From an uncultured Clostridia bacterium (GTDB lineage Bacteria; Bacillota; Clostridia; TANB77; CAG-508): a stretch of DNA of 64,000 nt. The notes under the pieces were generated by a model. The model did not search any database, was not told the DNA's origin, and was given only the letters and a program-made list of their open reading frames with translations. The stretch's first letter is position 1. Every line of letters begins with the position of its first letter. A program made the position numbers and the translations under genes. Shown piece after piece: positions 8,813 to 19,092 of the stretch. The DNA lies in NCBI GenBank assembly GCA_934141605.1, contig CAKPCL010000001.1, positions 90,730 to 154,729 of the forward strand, written 5' to 3'.

Positions 8813-9879
8813 TTTACAAATACTGTTTTTGTATCATATGCCAATTCTACATTTTCTTCTTTTAATATTTGTAATATTTTGAAATTTATTTTTTCTTTTT
8901 CTTCCAAAAAGCTTGCATAATCTATTGAATTTGTATAACTGCATACTAATAAGTTAATTCCGTTGTCTGTTATATTATCAAATCTTACTATTATCGTTTC
9001 ATCTATTACATCATCATGTTGTTTTAACATGTCTTTAATTCTTTGTTGTACTCTTTCTACTTTTTCTAGTGGTGTGTCTAGTTCTAGACATAGGTTAACT
9101 TTGTTTCTTCTTTTTTCCATTCTGCTCCAGTTTATTACTGAATCATTGGCAATAACTGCATTTGGAATATTAACAACTGAATTTTCAAAAGTTCTTACTC
9201 TTGTGCTTCTAAATGTAATATCTTCGACTGTTCCTTCATATTTTTCAACTTCTATCCAGTCTCCTACTACAAATGGTTTGTCTAAAAATATTACTAATCC
9301 ACCAAATAAATTTTTAGCTGTATCTTGTGCTGCAAGAGTAATTACAACACTTCCTACTCCTAGTCCTGCTACTAGTCCATTTAAGTTAAATCCTAATTCT
9401 GTTATAGCTATAAATCCAGCTATTATGTATATTATAACTCTTATTGCTTTTAGTATAAATTTGAACATTGAATCTTCTACTTCTGGATTCATTCTTTCTT
9501 TTAGTTTATTTATGCTTTTGTTGTTGGTTGTTAGGCTGTTTGCTATTCCATTTGCTGCTAATATTATTATTGATATTTTAAATAGTTCATCTGTTTTGTT
9601 GTTTAACCATGTGTTTATTTTTAGTGGTTGTCTAACTAATAATATTGCTAAATAAAGTCCTAATATAACATAAAATATCTTTAATGGTTTATAAAATGAA
9701 TTATTTCTTATTTCTTTTTTGTTTTTAGTTCTTGGTCTAAATATTTTTACTGTCATATATGCAAGGCTTTTGCTTAAACATCTAAATAAAATATATATTA
9801 GTATTGCTATTACTATATCTATTATTTGGCTCGTTTGAATTGATTTTATTGATTCTATAAAATTCTTTATGTTTTCCAT
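8806..9879 (-). CDS. Mechanosensitive ion channel MscS family
   Basis: TM helices and the conserved MscS beta-domain FVVGDWIEVEKYEGTVEDITFRSTRVRTFENSVVNIPN. Confidence 0.8.
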   Translation of the reverse strand: MENIKNFIESIKSIQTSQIIDIVIAILIYILFRCLSKSLAYMTVKIFRPRTKNKKEIRNNSFYKPLKIFYVILGLYLAILLVRQPLKINTWLNNKTDELFKISIIILAANGIANSLTTNNKSINKLKERMNPEVEDSMFKFILKAIRVIIYIIAGFIAITELGFNLNGLVAGLGVGSVVITLAAQDTAKNLFGGLVIFLDKPFVVGDWIEVEKYEGTVEDITFRSTRVRTFENSVVNIPNAVIANDSVINWSRMEKRRNKVNLCLELDTPLEKVERVQQRIKDMLKQHDDVIDETIIVRFDNITDNGINLLVCSYTNSIDYASFLEEKEKINFKILQILKEENVELAYDTKTVFVKN

Positions 9880-9949
9880 TTTTCCTCCTATGTGAATTTT
9901 TTATAAAAAGATGATAAATATTAATATATCATCTTTTTGTAAAAATTTA

Positions 9950-11053
9950 TTATCCCATATAATCTCTTAATTTTTTAGATCTAGATGGATGTCTTAATTT
10001 TCTTAATGCTTTTGCTTCTATTTGTCTTATTCTTTCACGAGTTACATTAAATTCTTTTCCTACTTCTTCAAGTGTTCTAGATTTTCCGTCTTCTAGTCCA
10101 AATCTTAATTTTAATACTTTAGCTTCTCTAGGTGTTAATGTGTTCATAACTTCTTCCAATTGTTCTTTTAATAAAGTATATGATGCTGCATCATGTGGTG
10201 CTGGGCTATCTTCGTCTTGAATAAAGTCTCCCAGGTGGCTATCTTCTTCTTCTCCAATAGGTGTTTCTAAAGATACTGGGTCTTGTGCTATTTTTTGTAT
10301 TTCTACTACTTTTTCAACAGGGATTTCCATTTCTTTTGCTATTTCTTCTGGGCTTGGTTCTCTTCCTAATTGTTGTAGTAAGTTTCTTGATGTTCTTATT
10401 AATTTGTTTATTGTTTCTACCATGTGAACTGGAATTCTTATTGTTCTTGCTTGGTCTGCTATTGCTCTTGTTATTGCTTGTCTAATCCACCATGTTGCAT
10501 AAGTACTGAATTTAAATCCTTTTGTATAATCAAATTTTTCTACTGCTTTTATTAGTCCCATGTTTCCTTCTTGTATTAGGTCTAAAAATAACATACCTCT
10601 TCCAACATATTTTTTGGCAATGCTTACAACAAGTCTTAAGTTTGATTCGGCTAATTTTTGTTTTGCTTCTTCGTCCCCTTCTAGTATTCTTTGTGCTAGG
10701 TCAAGCTCTTCATCAAATGTTAAAAGTGGTATTTTTCCTATTTCTCTTAAATACATTCTTACAGGGTCGTCAACGCTGATTCCTTCAAAGCTTGTGTCTG
10801 TTATTTCATCTAATTTTAAGTTTTCTACTTCTTTTAAGTCTTCAATGTCTGGCTCTTCATCAAAATCATCTGGTAATAAGTCTATTCCGCCTTTTTCAAA
10901 TTCATCAAATACTTCGTCCATTTTTTCTGGATTTACATCGTTTAATTTTGTTGCTAAATCTCCATATGTCATTTTTCCTTTTTGTTTTGCTTCTTCTATT
11001 ATCTCGTTTATTTTGTTTGTTTCTTCCATATTCTCTTCTTTTTTCTTCGCCAT
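9950..11053 (-). CDS. sigA: RNA polymerase sigma factor SigA/RpoD
   Basis: Sigma-70 regions 1.2-4: [34 protein letters not shown]; directly downstream of dnaG. Confidence 0.95.
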   Translation of the reverse strand: MAKKKEENMEETNKINEIIEEAKQKGKMTYGDLATKLNDVNPEKMDEVFDEFEKGGIDLLPDDFDEEPDIEDLKEVENLKLDEITDTSFEGISVDDPVRMYLREIGKIPLLTFDEELDLAQRILEGDEEAKQKLAESNLRLVVSIAKKYVGRGMLFLDLIQEGNMGLIKAVEKFDYTKGFKFSTYATWWIRQAITRAIADQARTIRIPVHMVETINKLIRTSRNLLQQLGREPSPEEIAKEMEIPVEKVVEIQKIAQDPVSLETPIGEEEDSHLGDFIQDEDSPAPHDAASYTLLKEQLEEVMNTLTPREAKVLKLRFGLEDGKSRTLEEVGKEFNVTRERIRQIEAKALRKLRHPSRSKKLRDYMG

Positions 11054-11107
11054 AATATTTACATTCCTTCCTTAACTTTTATAATTTAATAAACATTTAG
11101 CTTGACC

Positions 11108-12889
11108 TTATTTTATGCTTGCTAGCCTAATAATTATATTACTTAATTCTTTTTCTAATTCCTTTTTTTGATTTTCATCAGTTGTTTGATCTATTAATTC
11201 TAAAATTTCAAATTTTCTATTGTTTAGCTTTTCTTTTTGATATGTTTGTATTATATCGTCTATTGCTTTTTCTAAATCTTCAATTTCGTAGTCGTCAGCC
11301 ATTATCATTGTTATTTGGTTTTGTTCTTCTTGGTCTAACTCATCTATTATTCCGTTTATATTACTATTTCCTTTTTCGAATTCTTCATACAATTTTTTTA
11401 CTATATTTATATTTACTTCATCTTGAAAGTCTTCTGGTTTTATGTTTTGTTTTATAATGTCAAATACTGATAAGTCTCCAGTTAATAAAATAGAAATTAT
11501 TGTGTTTTCTCTTCTTTTTATTGCTTGTGATATTTCTTTTTTAGGTGTTTTGTTGTGTGTTATTACTGGTTTTGATTTTTCTAATATTTTTTCGTTTCCT
11601 GAATTTTTATATGTTAGTTTATTTACTTCTGCGTATATTGCTTCTTTAGAAATATCATATTCTTTTGCTATTTTTTCTATATAAACTTCTCTTTCTATTG
11701 AATTGTCTACTTTTGAAATTAATTTTGCAATTTCATTTAAAAATTTTATTTTGTCATTAGTGTTTTCTAGATTTAATTCTTTTCTTAATATTTTTACTTT
11801 GAATTCAACTACTGAAAGTGCTTTGTCTATTGCATTTTGGAAGCGTATATTTCCATATTTTAATATATATTCATCTGGGTCTTTTGCTCCTTCTAGTTGT
11901 ATTATTCTTAAGTCACATCCCATGTTTTGCAAGATGTCTATTGCTCTTAGCTTTGCTTTTATTCCAGCATCATCTGAATCAAAGCTTAATATTATATGTT
12001 CAGCGTTTTTTCTAAGTAACCACCCTTGTTGTTCTGTTAATGCTGTTCCTAATGGTGCAACAACATTTGTTATTCCTCTTTGGTGTAGTGATATTACATC
12101 CATATATCCTTCTACAATTAATAGACTTTTCGTATCTCCTTTTTTTGCGATATTTAGTCCAAATAAATGTCTTCCCTTGCTGTATACTATGTTTTCTGGT
12201 GAGTTTATATATTTAGGTTTTGAGTCGTCTAATACTCTTCCTCCAAATGCTATAACTCTTCCCCTTGCATCACATATTGGGAACATTAATCTATTTCTGT
12301 ATCTGTCTATATATTGTCCTCTGTCATTTTTGTTTACTAATCCAGATTCTAGTATTTCTTGTTCTTGGAAGCCTTGCTTTTTTAGTTCCTGATATAGTTC
12401 ATCAAATTTTCCTGAGAATCCTATTCTAAATGATTTTAGTGTTTCATTGCTTAATTGTCTCTTTTTTACATATTCTTGTGCCATTTTGGCTTGTGGTTTG
12501 TATAAATTTTGATGGTAGTATTCTGCTGTAAATTCATTTACTTTATATACTTTTGCTTTTAATTCTTCTTTTAATGTATCTCCATTGTTTTCTAAGGTTG
12601 GTAATTGAATATTCGCTCTTTCTGCTAACATTTGTATTGTTTCTATAAAATTTAGTCCTTCTATTTTTGATACAAATGTTATTACATTTCCTCCAACTCC
12701 ACAGCCAAAGCAGTGAAATATTTGTTTATCTGGTGAAACAGAAAAAGAAGGTGATTTTTCATTATGAAATGGACATAGTCCAAAGAAATTTCTTCCGCTT
12801 CTTTTTAGGTGCACATATTGTGATATTACATCTACTATATCATTTGTTTGTCTTACTTCGTTTATAATTTCTTCACTATATCTTGCCAT
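11108..12889 (-). CDS. dnaG: DNA primase
   Basis: CHC2 zinc finger CPFHNEKSPSFSVSPDKQIFHCFGCG, TOPRIM domain, dnaG-sigA operon order. Confidence 0.95.
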   Translation of the reverse strand: MARYSEEIINEVRQTNDIVDVISQYVHLKRSGRNFFGLCPFHNEKSPSFSVSPDKQIFHCFGCGVGGNVITFVSKIEGLNFIETIQMLAERANIQLPTLENNGDTLKEELKAKVYKVNEFTAEYYHQNLYKPQAKMAQEYVKKRQLSNETLKSFRIGFSGKFDELYQELKKQGFQEQEILESGLVNKNDRGQYIDRYRNRLMFPICDARGRVIAFGGRVLDDSKPKYINSPENIVYSKGRHLFGLNIAKKGDTKSLLIVEGYMDVISLHQRGITNVVAPLGTALTEQQGWLLRKNAEHIILSFDSDDAGIKAKLRAIDILQNMGCDLRIIQLEGAKDPDEYILKYGNIRFQNAIDKALSVVEFKVKILRKELNLENTNDKIKFLNEIAKLISKVDNSIEREVYIEKIAKEYDISKEAIYAEVNKLTYKNSGNEKILEKSKPVITHNKTPKKEISQAIKRRENTIISILLTGDLSVFDIIKQNIKPEDFQDEVNINIVKKLYEEFEKGNSNINGIIDELDQEEQNQITMIMADDYEIEDLEKAIDDIIQTYQKEKLNNRKFEILELIDQTTDENQKKELEKELSNIIIRLASIK

Positions 12890-12988
12890 TTTTCCTCTCT
12901 TTCTTTCAAATAAACATGTTTATATATAATATTCGACCTATTTTACATAAATCCTTCTTTGTTTTTGAAAAAAATATCCAAATTGCCG

Positions 12989-13080
12989 TAAATGTTAAGA
13001 GATTAATATTTTTGGTCAAAAACATATCTGGGGTCTACCATTGGGTCTTTGACTTTCAAATATTAATCTCTTAACATTTA
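12989..13080. repeat. Hairpin element copy b: 23-bp perfect inverted repeat with a 46-nt conserved loop
   Basis: taaatgttaagagattaatattt ... aaatattaatctcttaacattta; the loop, containing aaaacatatctggggtctaccattgggtctttg, is ~75% identical to the loop of copy c. Confidence 0.6.
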
Positions 13081-13112
13081 CGGTAATTGGCTTTTATTTT
13101 TTATTAACTTTT

Positions 13113-15713
13113 TTATTTTCCATAATAACTGTCTAACATTATTTGTTTAATTTCTTCAACTAGTGGAACTCTTGGATTTGCTGTTGTACATTGGTCTTCA
13201 AATGCTCTGTCTGCAAGCACATCAATTTTTGCCAAGAATTCTTTTTCGTCAATTCCTGCATCTTTAAAAGATTTTGGAATATTTAAGTTTTCATTTAATT
13301 GTTTTATTTTTTCTACCAAGCTATTTACGCCCTCTTCTATTGTATCTGCTTTTAATCCTAATTTTTTAGCTAGATGACTGTATTTTTCGTCTGCTATATA
13401 ATATTCATATTTAGGAAATGATACAAATTTACTTGGCTTACTTCCATTATATTTTACTACATATGGTAATAATATTGCATTTATTCTACCATGTGGTAAA
13501 TGGAATTCTGCACCTATTTTGTGTGCTATTGAGTGACTAACTCCTAAAAATGCGTTTGTAAATGCCATACCTGCAATTGTACTTGCATTGTGCATTTTTT
13601 CTCTTGCTAGTTTGTCACTTCCATCATTATATGCTTTTTCTAGATAATTCATTACTAATTCAACTGCTTTTTCTGCTAATCCGTCTGTATAGTCTGATGC
13701 CATATTTGATACATATGCTTCTAATGCGTGTGTTAGGACATCCATCCCAGTGTCTGCTGTTACTGATTTTGGAAGGCTCATTACTAAGTCTGGATCTACT
13801 ATTGCAACATCCGGTGTTAATTCATAATCAGCAAGTGGATATTTTCTATCTTTTTCTTTGTCTGTTATTACTGCAAATGATGTTACTTCTGAACCTGTTC
13901 CTGAGGTTGTTGGTATTGCTACCATTTTTGCCTTTTCTCCTAATTTAGGAAATTTGTAAGTACGCTTTCTAATGTCCATAAATTTTAGTTTTAATCCTTC
14001 AATATCTGCTTCTGGGTGTTCATAAAATAACCACATTCCTTTTGCTGCGTCCATAGGACTTCCTCCTCCTATTGCTATTATTACATCTGGCTTGAAGTTA
14101 TTCATTTGTTCAACACCTTTTTTTATTGTATCAAATGATGGGTCTGGTTCTACATCACTGAATATTTCTGAGTGTACATATTGTTGTCTATTTCTTAAGT
14201 GATATAGGACTTTATCTACATATCCTAATTTGACCATTCCTTGGTCTGTTACTATAAATGCCCTTTCTATATCTGGCATTTTTTCCAAATAGGCTATTGA
14301 GCCTGCTTCAAAATATATTTTTTCTGGAACTTTAAACCATTGCATATTAACTCTCCTTTTCGCAACTCTTTTTATATTTATTAAGTTTACTGATGACACA
14401 TTTGCTGTTGTTGAATTTTTTCCAAATGAGCCACATCCTAATGTAAGTGATGGCATATTTGTGTTATAAATGTCTCCTATTGCTCCATGTGTTGATGGTG
14501 AGTTTACTATTATTCTTCCTGCTTTTAAAGTTTCTGAAAATTTTAAAATTGTATCTTGATTTTCACTGTGAATTGCTGCTGAGTGTCCAAGGCCACCAAA
14601 TTCTAGAAGTTTTTCTGCTTTTGAAATTCCTTCTTCTTCATTTTCAACAATGTAATATGTTAAAACTGGGCTTAATTTTTCTTTTGAAAATGGATATTCT
14701 CTACCAATTCCTTCTTCATATACAACTATTACTTTTGTGTCTACTGGTACTTCAAATCCCGCTTCTTTTGCAATTGTATATGGTGATTGACCTGGCATGT
14801 GTGATTTTAGTTTGTATCCATATTCTTCTGTATATTCAAACATTGAATTTTGTAATTTTTGTTTTTCTTCTGGATTTACAAAGTAACATCCTGCTTCTCT
14901 CATTAATTCTTCAAATTCTTGATATATGTCTTTATCCACTAAAACTGCTTGTTCTGACGCACATATCATTCCATTGTCAAATGATTTTGATAGTACCAAA
15001 TCATTTACTGATGTTTTTAATTTTGCAGTTTTGTCTATATAACATGGTACATTTCCTGGCCCTACTCCTAGTGCTGGTTTTCCGCATGAGTATGCTGAAC
15101 GTACCATTCCTGTTCCACCTGTTGCTAATATTAGGTTTACATCTGGGTGGTTCATTAATAACCTTGTTGCTGTTATTGATGGTTCTTCTATCCATAATAT
15201 GCAGTTTTCTGGTGCTCCTGCTTGAACTGCCGCATCTCTTAAAATTCTTGCCGCTTCTGAACTGCATTTTTGTGCAGATGGATGGAATCCAAATATTATT
15301 ACATTTCTAGTTTTTGCAGATATTATTGATTTGAACATTGTTGTTGATGTTGGGTTTGTTACTGGTGTTACCCCTGCAATTATTCCCACTGGTTCTGCTA
15401 TTTCTAGATATCCTTCTTCGTCATTTTCGTTTATTACTCCAACAGTTTTTTCATTTTTGATACTGTGGTATATATATTCTGTTGCAAACATATTCTTTGT
15501 TATTTTGTCTTCATATATTCCTCTGCCTGTTTCTTCTACTGCCATTTTTGCTAGTTCCATATGATGCTCTAGTCCTGCCATTGACATTGCTTTTACAATG
15601 TTATTTACTTGTTCTTGGTCTAGTTTTAAGTATTCTTCTGATGCTTTTTTTGCTTTTGCAACTAATTCGTCTATCATCTTTTGTATTTTTTCTTCTTCTA
15701 AATTTTCTGCCAT
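13113..15713 (-). CDS. adhE: Bifunctional acetaldehyde-CoA/alcohol dehydrogenase
   Basis: 866 aa with an N-terminal aldehyde dehydrogenase domain and a C-terminal Fe-ADH domain (GGGSPMDAAK). Confidence 0.95.
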   Translation of the reverse strand: MAENLEEEKIQKMIDELVAKAKKASEEYLKLDQEQVNNIVKAMSMAGLEHHMELAKMAVEETGRGIYEDKITKNMFATEYIYHSIKNEKTVGVINENDEEGYLEIAEPVGIIAGVTPVTNPTSTTMFKSIISAKTRNVIIFGFHPSAQKCSSEAARILRDAAVQAGAPENCILWIEEPSITATRLLMNHPDVNLILATGGTGMVRSAYSCGKPALGVGPGNVPCYIDKTAKLKTSVNDLVLSKSFDNGMICASEQAVLVDKDIYQEFEELMREAGCYFVNPEEKQKLQNSMFEYTEEYGYKLKSHMPGQSPYTIAKEAGFEVPVDTKVIVVYEEGIGREYPFSKEKLSPVLTYYIVENEEEGISKAEKLLEFGGLGHSAAIHSENQDTILKFSETLKAGRIIVNSPSTHGAIGDIYNTNMPSLTLGCGSFGKNSTTANVSSVNLINIKRVAKRRVNMQWFKVPEKIYFEAGSIAYLEKMPDIERAFIVTDQGMVKLGYVDKVLYHLRNRQQYVHSEIFSDVEPDPSFDTIKKGVEQMNNFKPDVIIAIGGGSPMDAAKGMWLFYEHPEADIEGLKLKFMDIRKRTYKFPKLGEKAKMVAIPTTSGTGSEVTSFAVITDKEKDRKYPLADYELTPDVAIVDPDLVMSLPKSVTADTGMDVLTHALEAYVSNMASDYTDGLAEKAVELVMNYLEKAYNDGSDKLAREKMHNASTIAGMAFTNAFLGVSHSIAHKIGAEFHLPHGRINAILLPYVVKYNGSKPSKFVSFPKYEYYIADEKYSHLAKKLGLKADTIEEGVNSLVEKIKQLNENLNIPKSFKDAGIDEKEFLAKIDVLADRAFEDQCTTANPRVPLVEEIKQIMLDSYYGK

Positions 15714-15857
15714 AAGACTTCCTCCTTGGTATTATTTTATCCTATTTTATTATATATTATTAGAAGAATTTGTCAACTTATTTTTTAAAAATAAAGAGTC
15801 CCTTTTTGTATAAAAAAATATTGTTAAAGTAAAAAATTTACTAAAACAATATTTTAT

Positions 15858-16823
15858 CTAATTATACAAGTATTTTTGTGGGTTTACATGTATACCATTT
15901 ATTCTTATTTCTAAGTGTAAATGAGGTCCTGTTGAATTTCCTGTATTACCAACAGTTGCTATTACATCTCCTGCTTTTACTTCTTGGCCTACTGTTACAT
16001 ACATTTTATTAGTGTGAGCATACCATGTTTCTACACCATTTCCGTGGTCTACTTTTATAAGATTTCCGTATGAACCACTATATGATGCAAATGTAACTGT
16101 TCCGTTTGCTACAACTTTTATTGGTGTTCCTATTGATGCTGCTATATCTAATCCTGTATGTGCTGATGATCTTATACTACTTATTGAGCCATATCTTGAA
16201 GAAATTGTTCCTGTTATAGGCAATGTAGCAATTTTTATTCCATTTATATTAGATATTGGTTCTGTTGTATCTATATCTAATTTTTCTATTATATTTTTTT
16301 CTGCTACTTCTAAACTTTGTGTACTAATTTCTTCTACATCTGTTGTTGTTTTTTCATTAATAGTAAGTATTTGTTCTTCATCAGATAATTCTTTTATATC
16401 ATTTACTATTTGTTCTGCTGTTTCTAAGTTGTCAACTTTTTCTATAGTTTCTCCATTTGATGCTATTTCATAATATTTATATGTTATTTCTAAGTCTTTT
16501 TGTAGAGCTATTATTATTTCGCTCTCATTGCTTTCTTTTGTTTTTTCTACTAATTTTAACTCATATTCTGGTGTTGTTGATAATTCAACTTTTTCTATAT
16601 TTCCACTTTGATAATTTTCTACATTGTTTGCAATTATTTCGCTAAATGCTTTTTTATCTTCTATATATCCTACTTCTTCTCCAGAAAGTTTGACTTCATA
16701 CATTGGTTTATATTTAATTAATACTATCGCGATTATAAAACCAAAAGCTATTAAAGTTATGTTAAAAAATTTTATTATTTCTTTCGTATAATATTTTAGT
16801 TTTCTTTTACTAATAAAATCCAC
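15858..16823 (-). CDS. M23 family metallopeptidase, membrane anchored
   Basis: C-terminal LytM motifs HTGLDIA and GNTGNSTGPHLHLEI; N-terminal TM. Confidence 0.8.
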   Translation of the reverse strand: MDFISKRKLKYYTKEIIKFFNITLIAFGFIIAIVLIKYKPMYEVKLSGEEVGYIEDKKAFSEIIANNVENYQSGNIEKVELSTTPEYELKLVEKTKESNESEIIIALQKDLEITYKYYEIASNGETIEKVDNLETAEQIVNDIKELSDEEQILTINEKTTTDVEEISTQSLEVAEKNIIEKLDIDTTEPISNINGIKIATLPITGTISSRYGSISSIRSSAHTGLDIAASIGTPIKVVANGTVTFASYSGSYGNLIKVDHGNGVETWYAHTNKMYVTVGQEVKAGDVIATVGNTGNSTGPHLHLEIRINGIHVNPQKYLYN

Positions 16824-17146
16824 TCTCCTTCTTTATTTTTAAACGCGACTAATCTTTATTATACTATATATTTTGTACTTTTTCAAATTATGTATTCATT
16901 ATTTTGGCTGTTTTCCTATTTTTTCTAGTTTTTTACCTTTATTTTTTTAAATTTGTTGTCTTTTTTCTCGTTTTTACTCTCTTTTATTCTTTTTTTCTTT
17001 GTTTTATGTCATATAATAATTATATTCTTGTTTAATTTTGTTATTTTTGTGTACTTTTAACTTATTAGTATATTTTCATTTTTTGGTTACTTCAAAACTT
17101 ATAAGTTAAATGATATATTCTTATAAAAGATAGGAAGGTGATAAAG

Positions 17147-17485
17147 ATGGCTATAGATTATAGCGTTATAGGTTCTAGAATAAAACAAGCAAGACTTGCA
17201 AAAAATATGACTCAAGAAGATTTAGCAGATAAAATTGATATTTCTGTTGCTTTTTTGAGTAGAGTTGAGAGAGGTAATTCTCATATTAATTTAAAAAGAT
17301 TAAATCAATTATGTGGATTATTAGATGTTTCAGAAGGGTATTTATTAAATGGTGCTTCAAGTAGTTCTGAAAATTATTTAGATAAAGAATTTACAGATTT
17401 AATTAAAAGTGTTTCTCCAGAGAAACAAAAATTAATATATAATGTGGCAAAAGCCATTGCTGAAACAGATATGGACGAAGAGTAA
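17147..17485 (+). CDS. XRE-family HTH transcriptional regulator
   Basis: MTQEDLADKIDISVAFLSRVERG HTH motif; RBS ggaaggtg. Confidence 0.7.
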   Translation: MAIDYSVIGSRIKQARLAKNMTQEDLADKIDISVAFLSRVERGNSHINLKRLNQLCGLLDVSEGYLLNGASSSSENYLDKEFTDLIKSVSPEKQKLIYNVAKAIAETDMDEE

Positions 17486-17487
17486 TT

Positions 17488-17510
17488 AAAAAAAGCTGAT
17501 TTTCAGCTTT
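17488..17510. terminator. Bidirectional terminator
   Basis: aaaaagctgattttcagcttttt hairpin between convergent genes. Confidence 0.5.
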
Positions 17511-17512
17511 TT

Positions 17513-18193
17513 TTAATTTATTGTTGTGCTTGTTGGTCCTGTTCCAACAACATTTTCTTGTAATGATCTCCATGTATTGCAGCCGATTATTCCGTCTGCA
17601 GTTAGTCCTCTTGATTTTTGATAATTAATTACTGCACTTTGGGTTGCTGCTCCAAATATTCCATCTAGTCCATTTGTTCTAAATCCTAATGTGTTTAAAT
17701 CGTCTTGTGCTATTAAAACATAATTGCTTAAGCTACCTCTTTTTAGTTGTGGGAATCCTCCTGTTGAACATGCTGGTTTTCCAAATCTTTTGTCAAAATG
17801 TACCCATGTTGGTGTTTGTGAAATTGGTTCTACATAGTACCATACTCCTGAATTTTTTGCTGAATTCCATAGTCTTGTTCTTTGTGCTGAAGTTAATGTT
17901 TGCCCAACATCAAATGCTACTCCTGCATAATGTTGACTTTGGTTTCCATGTCCTCCTTCATATGGTCTTTTAAATGCAAATCCTACTGGTATTGGTGCTC
18001 CATAGATATATCTTTGACTGTTCCAACTTTGCATTGTCCTTTTTGTTGTCCACAAAATGTTGCTTTTACTAGAGCCTCTGAATTCTCGTACTCTTAATGT
18101 ACCATTTGTGTTATATGGCATTGGCTCTGATTCGCCTCTATAATATGTTTCCATTCTATCTGTGTCATTATTAAAAACTAATATTTTGGCCAA
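17513..18193 (-). CDS. Peptidase M15-family cell-wall hydrolase with C-terminal peptidoglycan-binding domain (endolysin-like)
   Basis: H..G.A.D motif (QHYAGVAFD) and WVHFD zinc-ligand motif of the M15/VanY family; C-terminal PG_binding_1-like LGFRTNGLDGIFGAATQSAVINYQKSRGLTADGIIG; amino-acid composition (G/R/Q/T/W-rich) unlike its neighbours. Confidence 0.6.
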   Translation of the reverse strand: MAKILVFNNDTDRMETYYRGESEPMPYNTNGTLRVREFRGSSKSNILWTTKRTMQSWNSQRYIYGAPIPVGFAFKRPYEGGHGNQSQHYAGVAFDVGQTLTSAQRTRLWNSAKNSGVWYYVEPISQTPTWVHFDKRFGKPACSTGGFPQLKRGSLSNYVLIAQDDLNTLGFRTNGLDGIFGAATQSAVINYQKSRGLTADGIIGCNTWRSLQENVVGTGPTSTTIN

Positions 18194-18255
18194 AGTAAAA
18201 CCTCCTCATACTTTTTTTATATTGTATGAAAAGGTTAATTTTTTTGTTAATTATT

Positions 18256-19029
18256 TTATTTAACTTCTCTACACTTTACTATTATTCTTTCTTTACTATC
18301 ATCTGTACATGTAATTAATGTAACTTCTTTTTTACCTCCTGTTAGCTGTGTTGTATCATTTCTGTTATTAGGCTCTACACTATGTATATCATATACCTCA
18401 TATGTAATAGTTCTTTTGGTTAAATCAGTTAATTTTACAATATCCCCGACTTCTAAAGTTGGTACTTTACTAAAAAATTTAGAATTTCTATAATTATGTC
18501 CTGCAATGCAGAAGTTTCCTATTTCGTTCGGATCATATCCATGAAATTTAATTGGTGATATTTTTAATAATTCTTCCGTTTCTTTTACACTTCCAGTTTC
18601 TCCTTGCAATACTGAATATGTAAGATTTATTTTTGGAATTTCTATTTTTGCAATAATTTTATATCTATATCCGCTTGATGATGTATATACTTCAGCTTTT
18701 TCGTTCATGCTAGCTACGGTTAAAGCTTCGCTTTCTTTTTCTTGTTCTTTATTATTATTTTCCTCTGTTTCGTCTAATATTACTAAAAGTATGTCATCTT
18801 CTAGTATTGTAGGGTCTTTTTCAGTAGATGTTAAAGTTTGATTTATCTTTTTTAGTATTTGTTTTGATGTTTGTTCCCCTTTATTTCTGTCATATTCTGC
18901 ATAGACATATAAAGAAGCTAGGACAATAACCAAAAAAATAGATATGATAAAATTAAATTTGTAAACTTTCTTTTTTTGTTTTAATTCTGGTGTTACATAT
19001 AATTTTTCGGTAACTAAAATTTGATTCAT
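18256..19029 (-). CDS. Sortase family transpeptidase
   Basis: Signal anchor, CIAGHNYRN and TLITC motifs; paralogue of 2399-3070. Confidence 0.75.
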   Translation of the reverse strand: MNQILVTEKLYVTPELKQKKKVYKFNFIISIFLVIVLASLYVYAEYDRNKGEQTSKQILKKINQTLTSTEKDPTILEDDILLVILDETEENNNKEQEKESEALTVASMNEKAEVYTSSSGYRYKIIAKIEIPKINLTYSVLQGETGSVKETEELLKISPIKFHGYDPNEIGNFCIAGHNYRNSKFFSKVPTLEVGDIVKLTDLTKRTITYEVYDIHSVEPNNRNDTTQLTGGKKEVTLITCTDDSKERIIVKCREVK

Positions 19030-19092
19030 TCTAACCTCCTTATTTATATTCCTTTTTATTATAGCATATTTTGTTTTTATTTTTAATACTTT

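Noticed and set aside
13562-15310. Long plus-strand ORFs rich in L/F/I (e.g. 13562-13948, 14447-15310; likewise 43058-43648 and 52410-53120)
   Set aside because: They lie antisense to strongly supported genes (adhE, ruvA/rarA, the pilin-like gene) in an AT-rich genome where stop codons are rare on the antisense strand. They show low-complexity hydrophobic translations, no RBS and no domains.
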